Shown here: piece by piece, positions 7,588 to 11,805 of the stretch
How the letters are laid out: the number at the start of each line of letters is the position of its first letter
Numbering within the stretch: position 1 is the first letter of the stretch
Assembly (NCBI GenBank): GCA_046583355.1
Contig: JAYGCM010000061.1
Location: 1 to 11,805, forward strand
Source: Deltaproteobacteria bacterium
GTDB lineage: Bacteria > Desulfobacterota > Binatia > UBA12015
DNA: 11,805 nt
Reading direction: 5' to 3'
Notes under the pieces: model-generated
The model's database searches: none
Told to the model about the DNA's origin: nothing
What the model saw: only the letters and a program-made list of their open reading frames with translations
Position numbers and translations under genes: made by a program

Positions 7588-8358
7588 TCAGCCGCCGGTC
7601 GAGTCGTCGCTGCCGGATTTTCGTGCCGCGCTCGTAGCCGGTGTGACACCGGCGTCGCTCGCGGCGGCACTGGCTGGCGTCGCATCGTCCGCCACGCCAG
7701 CGGCATCATCGGCGCCGCCCTCGCCGCCTTCGAGGCGGGCGACGCGCTCGCGCAACTCGCTCAGGGCGCGCACGACAGGATCGGGCAAGGCGCCATGCTC
7801 CAGACTGAGCAGCGGTTTACCGCCCGAGGAATGTTCGCCGGCCTCGCTGACGATCCGCCCCGGCACGCCAACTACAGTCGAATGCGGCGGCACCGACGAG
7901 ACCACCACGCTGCCGGCACCCACACGGCTATGGCGGCCCACCGTCACCGGGCCGAGCACGGTCGCGCCCAGGCCAAGGACGACATAATCCTCGATGGTCG
8001 GATGCCGTTTGCCTTTCTTCAGAGTCGTGCCGCCCAAGCTCACGCCCTGATAGAGCAGAACATCGTTGCCGAGAATCGCGGTCTCACCGATCACGACACC
8101 CATGCCATGATCGATGAAGCAGCGACGGCCAATGGTGGCGCCGGGATGAATCTCGACGCCCGTGATGAAGCGGGCGACGCCGGCGAGAAAGCGCGCCGTC
8201 AGCCGGAACTTCCGCGTCCACAACGAATGCGCGACGCGATGCGCCCATAGCGCGTGAATTCCCGGGTAGAAAAGCGAGACCTCCAGCACGGAACGGGCCG
8301 CCGGATCGCGCTCGAAGGCAACCAGGACATCCTCGCGAATTCTTTCGGCGACTATCAT
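7588..8358 (-). CDS. cysE: Serine O-acetyltransferase, 256 aa
   Basis: [69 protein letters not shown] overlap with cimA (8355-8358). Confidence 0.96.
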   Translation of the reverse strand: MIVAERIREDVLVAFERDPAARSVLEVSLFYPGIHALWAHRVAHSLWTRKFRLTARFLAGVARFITGVEIHPGATIGRRCFIDHGMGVVIGETAILGNDVLLYQGVSLGGTTLKKGKRHPTIEDYVVLGLGATVLGPVTVGRHSRVGAGSVVVSSVPPHSTVVGVPGRIVSEAGEHSSGGKPLLSLEHGALPDPVVRALSELRERVARLEGGEGGADDAAGVADDATPASAAASDAGVTPATSAARKSGSDDSTGG

Positions 8359-9980
8359 CCGACACGCGCCCTTTTTTTTGCGGCCACCCGAGGCCCGCGA
8401 CTACGTTTGCGACCGTCTTTGTAGAGTTTGTAGTCGATCGCGTCGGCCAGAGCCTGCCAACTTGCCTCGATGACGTTATGCGACACCCCGACCGTGGTCC
8501 AATGATCGTGCTCATCGGCCGATTCCACCAGCACGCGCACGCCGGCAAGCGTCCCCTCACCCTCGTCCAGTACCCGAACCTTATAGTCGACAAGACGGAC
8601 CTTCGCGATACTCGGATAGAATTCGATCAGGGCTTTTCGCAGCGCGATATCGAGGGCATTGATCGGGCCGTTGCCGATCGCTGCGGTATGCGCCTCGCTG
8701 CCATCGGGGAGCTGGATCATGATGGTCGCTTCGGCGGTCGGCTCCTCGTCCTCATGGCGCTTCTCGTCGATCACGCGAAAACCGACAAGATGGAAATGCC
8801 GCAGCTTCTCGCCTTTGATGGTTTTCTGCAGGAGCAACTCGAAGGACGCATCGGCTCCTTCGAATTGATAACCACGGTGCTCCAAAGCCTTGAGTTCGTG
8901 CAAAAGCTCCTTGGCTCGCGGCTCGATCAATTCGGCCGAGATCCCGAATTCCTTGGCCTTGGCCAGCAGGTTCGAGCGGCCGGCCTGGTCGGATACCAGG
9001 ATCCGCTGGGCGTTGCCGACCAACGAGGGCTCGATATGCTCATAGGTTGCCGCATTCTTGCGCACCGCCGAGACATGCAGGCCGCCCTTATGCGCAAACG
9101 CGCTCTGGCCGACATAGGGCTGCTGCTTCCAGGGTTCGCGATTGGCGAGCTCGTCGACGAAATGAGCCAGCTCGGTCAGGCGCGCGAGCTGTTTTTTGCG
9201 CAGCACAGAGTAGCCCAATTTCAATTGCAGATTCGGGATCACCGAGATCAGATTGGCATTGCCGCAGCGTTCGCCAAGCCCATTGACCGTGCCCTGGACC
9301 TGGATGCAGCCGGCCTCGACCGCCGCGATCGAGTTCGCGACCGCCATCTCGCCGTCATTATGACAATGAATGCCCAAGGGGATGTCGACGGCCCCACGCG
9401 CGGCCGCAACCGCAGCGCGGATATCGCCACCGAGGCTGCCGCCGTTGGTATCGCAAAGGCAGACCGAATCAGCGCCTCCGGAAGCCGCGGCGCGCAGGCA
9501 CTCCAGGGCGTAGTCCGGATTGGCCTTCCAACCATCGAAGAAATGCTCGGCGTCAAGAATGACCTCATCAAATGTCTTTTTCAGATGAGCTACCGAATCC
9601 TGGATAATCTCCAGGTTGGCCGCCTGTGAAATCCGCAGCGCATCGCGGACATGCAGGTCCCAACTCTTGCCGACGATGCAGGCCACAGGCGCACCCGTGC
9701 GCTTGAGCAACTCCAGGTTCTCGTCTTTGCCGACCGCCACATTGGCGCGGCGCGTCGAGCCAAAGGCGACAAGTTTGGAATGCTTCAGCCCGAGAGCAAG
9801 CGCTGGGGCAAAAAAGGCTGCGTCGCGCGGGTTCGAGCCGGGGTAACCGCCCTCGATATAATGCACGCCAAAATCATCGAGACGCTCGGCAATCGCGAGC
9901 TTCGCCTCGACCGTAAGCGAGATCTCTTCGCCCTGGCAACCGTCGCGCAGCGTCGTATCGTAAATTTGAACGCGCTTCAT
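8355..9980 (-). CDS. cimA: Citramalate synthase (DRE-TIM metallolyase, CimA type), 541 aa
   Basis: [47 protein letters not shown] and regulatory domain GNGPINALD...DYKVR...[23 protein letters not shown] and LRDGxQ favour CimA over LeuA. Confidence 0.9.
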   Translation of the reverse strand: MKRVQIYDTTLRDGCQGEEISLTVEAKLAIAERLDDFGVHYIEGGYPGSNPRDAAFFAPALALGLKHSKLVAFGSTRRANVAVGKDENLELLKRTGAPVACIVGKSWDLHVRDALRISQAANLEIIQDSVAHLKKTFDEVILDAEHFFDGWKANPDYALECLRAAASGGADSVCLCDTNGGSLGGDIRAAVAAARGAVDIPLGIHCHNDGEMAVANSIAAVEAGCIQVQGTVNGLGERCGNANLISVIPNLQLKLGYSVLRKKQLARLTELAHFVDELANREPWKQQPYVGQSAFAHKGGLHVSAVRKNAATYEHIEPSLVGNAQRILVSDQAGRSNLLAKAKEFGISAELIEPRAKELLHELKALEHRGYQFEGADASFELLLQKTIKGEKLRHFHLVGFRVIDEKRHEDEEPTAEATIMIQLPDGSEAHTAAIGNGPINALDIALRKALIEFYPSIAKVRLVDYKVRVLDEGEGTLAGVRVLVESADEHDHWTTVGVSHNVIEASWQALADAIDYKLYKDGRKRSRGPRVAAKKRARVG

Positions 9981-10462
9981 TCTACTGATTCTTTCTCTAC
10001 CAATTCTTTGTGCAAGGCACGCACGGCAAGTTCGGCATATTTCTCATCAATCACCAAGGACACCTTGATCTCGGAGGTCGCGATCATCTGAATATTGATT
10101 CCTTCGCTGCCAAGAATCTGGAAGATCCGAACAGCGACGCCGGCATGGCTACGCATGCCGAGACCAACCACCGAAACCTTCACGATCGAGGCCTCGTCAC
10201 GCACCGCGGCCGCGCCGATCTCGTCACCGAGCGTGCGCATCAAAGGGAGCGCCCGCGCGAGTTCCGCGCGCGGCAAGGTGAAGGTCATATCCGTGTGGCC
10301 GTCTTCGCCAGCATTCTGAATGATCATATCCACAATGATGCCGTGTTCGGCGATCGGACCGAAGATCTTCTCGGCCAAACCAGGACGGTCCGGGACCGAG
10401 GCGAGTGTGATCTTGGCCTGGTCCCGATCGAGCGCAATTCCGGACACAAGGGTATTTTCCAT
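9977..10462 (-). CDS. Predicted aspartokinase beta subunit (161 aa) from an in-frame internal start at Met249
   Basis: Minus strand reads GGAGGAG-ACTCAG-ATG-GAA-AAT, a strong SD 6 nt before Met249, exactly at the kinase/ACT boundary. Matches the organisation of alpha2beta2 aspartokinases. Confidence 0.7.
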   Translation of the reverse strand: MENTLVSGIALDRDQAKITLASVPDRPGLAEKIFGPIAEHGIIVDMIIQNAGEDGHTDMTFTLPRAELARALPLMRTLGDEIGAAAVRDEASIVKVSVVGLGMRSHAGVAVRIFQILGSEGINIQMIATSEIKVSLVIDEKYAELAVRALHKELVEKESVE

Positions 10463-11206
10463 CTGAGTCTCCTCCGGCACCACCCAGGTGCCGGTATCGT
10501 CATTGAAGCTGGAGCGGACATGCAGATTCACGCCGTAGCGTTTCGCGAATTCCACCGAGCGAATCTGCAAGACCTTGGCCCCGAGACTCGCCAATTCAAG
10601 CATCTCCTCCTGGCTGATGCGCTCCAATTTGCGTGCATGCGGGACAATCCGTGGGTCGGTCGTATAGACCCCGTCTACGTCGGTATAGATTTCGCAGACA
10701 TCGGCAGCCGTCGCCGCCGCGATCGCCACAGCACTGGTATCGGAACCGCCGCGACCCAAGGTGGTGATATTGCCGTGTTCATCGCAGCCCTGAAAACCGG
10801 CCACCACGGCGACGCAGCCCTCGTCGAGGGCGCGGCAGATATTGTCTGCGTCAATCGAGCGAATGCGGGCGCGTCCGTGGGCGTCGTCGGTTTCGATGCG
10901 GATCTGATGACCGAGAAAAGAACGCGCCGCCAGGCCCTCGGCGTGTAACGCGATCGCCAGCAGAGCACATGAGACTTGCTCGCCGCTGGCGAGGATCACA
11001 TCGGACTCCCGGTGTGCGGCATCGGGTGGGAGGTCCGCGATCAATCCGAGCAGGCGGTTGGTCTCGCCCGCCATGGCCGAGACGACGACCACCACACGAT
11101 TACCCGCGCGCGCCGTGCGCGCCACTCTTTTTGCGACATTGCGGATGCGCTCGATCGAACCCACCGAGGAGCCGCCGTATTTCTGCACGACCAAGGGCGT
11201 ACTCAT
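9977..11206 (-). CDS. lysC: Monofunctional aspartokinase (alpha chain) with two ACT domains, 409 aa
   Basis: [59 protein letters not shown] domains DRPG.. and [16 protein letters not shown]...TSEIKVS. Confidence 0.97.
   Translation of the reverse strand: MSTPLVVQKYGGSSVGSIERIRNVAKRVARTARAGNRVVVVVSAMAGETNRLLGLIADLPPDAAHRESDVILASGEQVSCALLAIALHAEGLAARSFLGHQIRIETDDAHGRARIRSIDADNICRALDEGCVAVVAGFQGCDEHGNITTLGRGGSDTSAVAIAAATAADVCEIYTDVDGVYTTDPRIVPHARKLERISQEEMLELASLGAKVLQIRSVEFAKRYGVNLHVRSSFNDDTGTWVVPEETQMENTLVSGIALDRDQAKITLASVPDRPGLAEKIFGPIAEHGIIVDMIIQNAGEDGHTDMTFTLPRAELARALPLMRTLGDEIGAAAVRDEASIVKVSVVGLGMRSHAGVAVRIFQILGSEGINIQMIATSEIKVSLVIDEKYAELAVRALHKELVEKESVE
10469..10475 (-). promoter_or_regulatory. 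Internal Shine-Dalgarno (GGAGGAG) for the lysC beta start
   Basis: Plus strand ctcctcc at 10469-10475; ATG at 10462-10460. Confidence 0.65.
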
Positions 11207-11670
11207 GACGGGCCCTGCGCCAGCAGCGCGGCGAGAACTCGACTCGAAGCGGCGCCGGTTGCCGCGAAGTCCAGCACCCTGGAGTCGGCCTCGTCGCCGT
11301 AAGCGATCGAAATCTCGATGGCATCCGGCGGTGTCTCGGAGCCCAGACGTTCAAACCACTCGACCACCGCAACGCCCTCGCCATCGAGGATTTCGGCCAG
11401 CCAATCCGGGTCCGGCAGGACGGTCTCGTGGCGATAAAGGTCGAGGTGCGTCACCGCTAGACGCCCCTCATATTCGGCGGCGGTCAGAAAGGTCGGGCTA
11501 TGCACGACCCCCTCGGCGACTCCACAACCCCGCGCAATGCCGCGCACCAAGGCAGTCTTGCCGGCTCCGAGCGGGCCTTTGAGTCCAACCACGGCGCCGC
11601 GCTGCAGCGCGCCCGCCAGGCGCTCGCCGAGCGTCTCGGTCTCGGCCTCTGATCTGGTGACGATCCTCAC
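11203..11670 (-). CDS. tsaE: tRNA threonylcarbamoyladenosine (t6A) biosynthesis ATPase TsaE/YjeE, 155 aa
   Basis: Walker [26 protein letters not shown] start with an in-frame TGA three codons upstream; ATGA overlap with lysC (11203-11206). Confidence 0.96.
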   Translation of the reverse strand: MRIVTRSEAETETLGERLAGALQRGAVVGLKGPLGAGKTALVRGIARGCGVAEGVVHSPTFLTAAEYEGRLAVTHLDLYRHETVLPDPDWLAEILDGEGVAVVEWFERLGSETPPDAIEISIAYGDEADSRVLDFAATGAASSRVLAALLAQGPS

Positions 11671-11678
11671 GACCCTTC

Positions 11679-11687
11679 ACGTTAACA
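11679..11687 (-). promoter_or_regulatory. Candidate extended -10 element TG-T-TAACGT upstream of tsaE
   Basis: Fits TGnTAnnnT inside an AT-rich patch (AGAAAATTGTTAACGT), 8 nt before the tsaE GTG. No good -35 (GTGCAG at 17-nt spacing). Confidence 0.35.
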
Positions 11688-11747
11688 ATTTTCTGCCTCC
11701 GCTGCACCGCAACCCACCGCTCTGGCGGCACCGAATTTTCCAAGATC

Positions 11748-11800
11748 GTGCAGGCCCGCGCGGGCCTCTAGAGGTCCGGCCGAGCAGTAGGGCTTTGCAC
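11748..11800. repeat. Nested inverted repeats / potential long irregular hairpin
   Basis: Perfect 16-bp palindrome AGGCCCGCGCGGGCCT (11752-11767). Overlapping near-palindrome CGGGCCTCTAGAGGTCCG (11761-11778). Outer arms GTGCAGGCCC (11748-11757) and GGGCTTTGCAC (11790-11800). Confidence 0.6.
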
Positions 11801-11805
11801 AGAGA

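Noticed and set aside
5949..7637. 562-aa plus-strand ORF and other long antisense ORFs (1406-2500, 2448-3797, 3782-4714, 6995-7987, 8478-9629, 10010-10948)
   Set aside because: They lie opposite well-identified genes and show no recognisable motifs. Long shadow ORFs are expected in GC-rich coding DNA.
8355..9980. Calling the gene leuA (2-isopropylmalate synthase)
   Set aside because: [23 protein letters not shown] and WTTVGVS match the CimA subgroup. LeuA typically has LRDGEQ and HESGIHQDG.
11726..11740. Possible sigma-54 promoter CGGCACCGAATTTTC on the plus strand
   Set aside because: The -24 GG is present but the -12 GC is replaced by TC.
11498..11743. 81-aa minus-strand ORF overlapping the tsaE start
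   Set aside because: Out of frame with and largely overlapping tsaE, Arg-rich, with no motif.
11677..11805. Two minus-strand frames open from the right edge (ending TGA 11677 and TAA 11682) as the tail of an upstream gene such as nnr
   Set aside because: The translations resemble no family I recognise and use atypical codons (CTA, AGA, TTA, TGT). Cannot be fully excluded without more sequence.
1..11805. CRISPR arrays, tRNA/rRNA genes, IS elements, prophage or defence genes
   Set aside because: No spaced direct repeats, cloverleaf, transposase or integrase motifs seen. Nearly all bases are accounted for by housekeeping CDSs.

Overview
GC-rich bacterial chromosomal DNA made up almost entirely of one minus-strand housekeeping gene string: tsaE - lysC (aspartokinase) - cimA (citramalate synthase) - cysE - IscS/NifS-type cysteine desulfurase - mnmA - rnc - era - der. 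After a 34-bp gap comes a bifunctional class II aldolase/short-chain dehydrogenase, which converges on the 3' end of an unidentified plus-strand ORF at the left edge. The first nine genes are almost perfectly translationally coupled (six ATGA overlaps, one GTGA overlap, one TGATAATG junction). The gene order suggests a former-Deltaproteobacteria-type organism (inference only). I see no mobile element, CRISPR array, tRNA/rRNA or defence system, and no clearly new biological system. The best second-look items are: an in-frame internal start in lysC predicting a nested aspartokinase beta subunit; the pairing of precursor-supply genes with anticodon-loop modification genes; an A8 run whose -1 slip would fuse CimA to CysE; an RNase III with Gly at a metal-ligand Asp position; and a structured region plus a mini-ORF upstream of tsaE.
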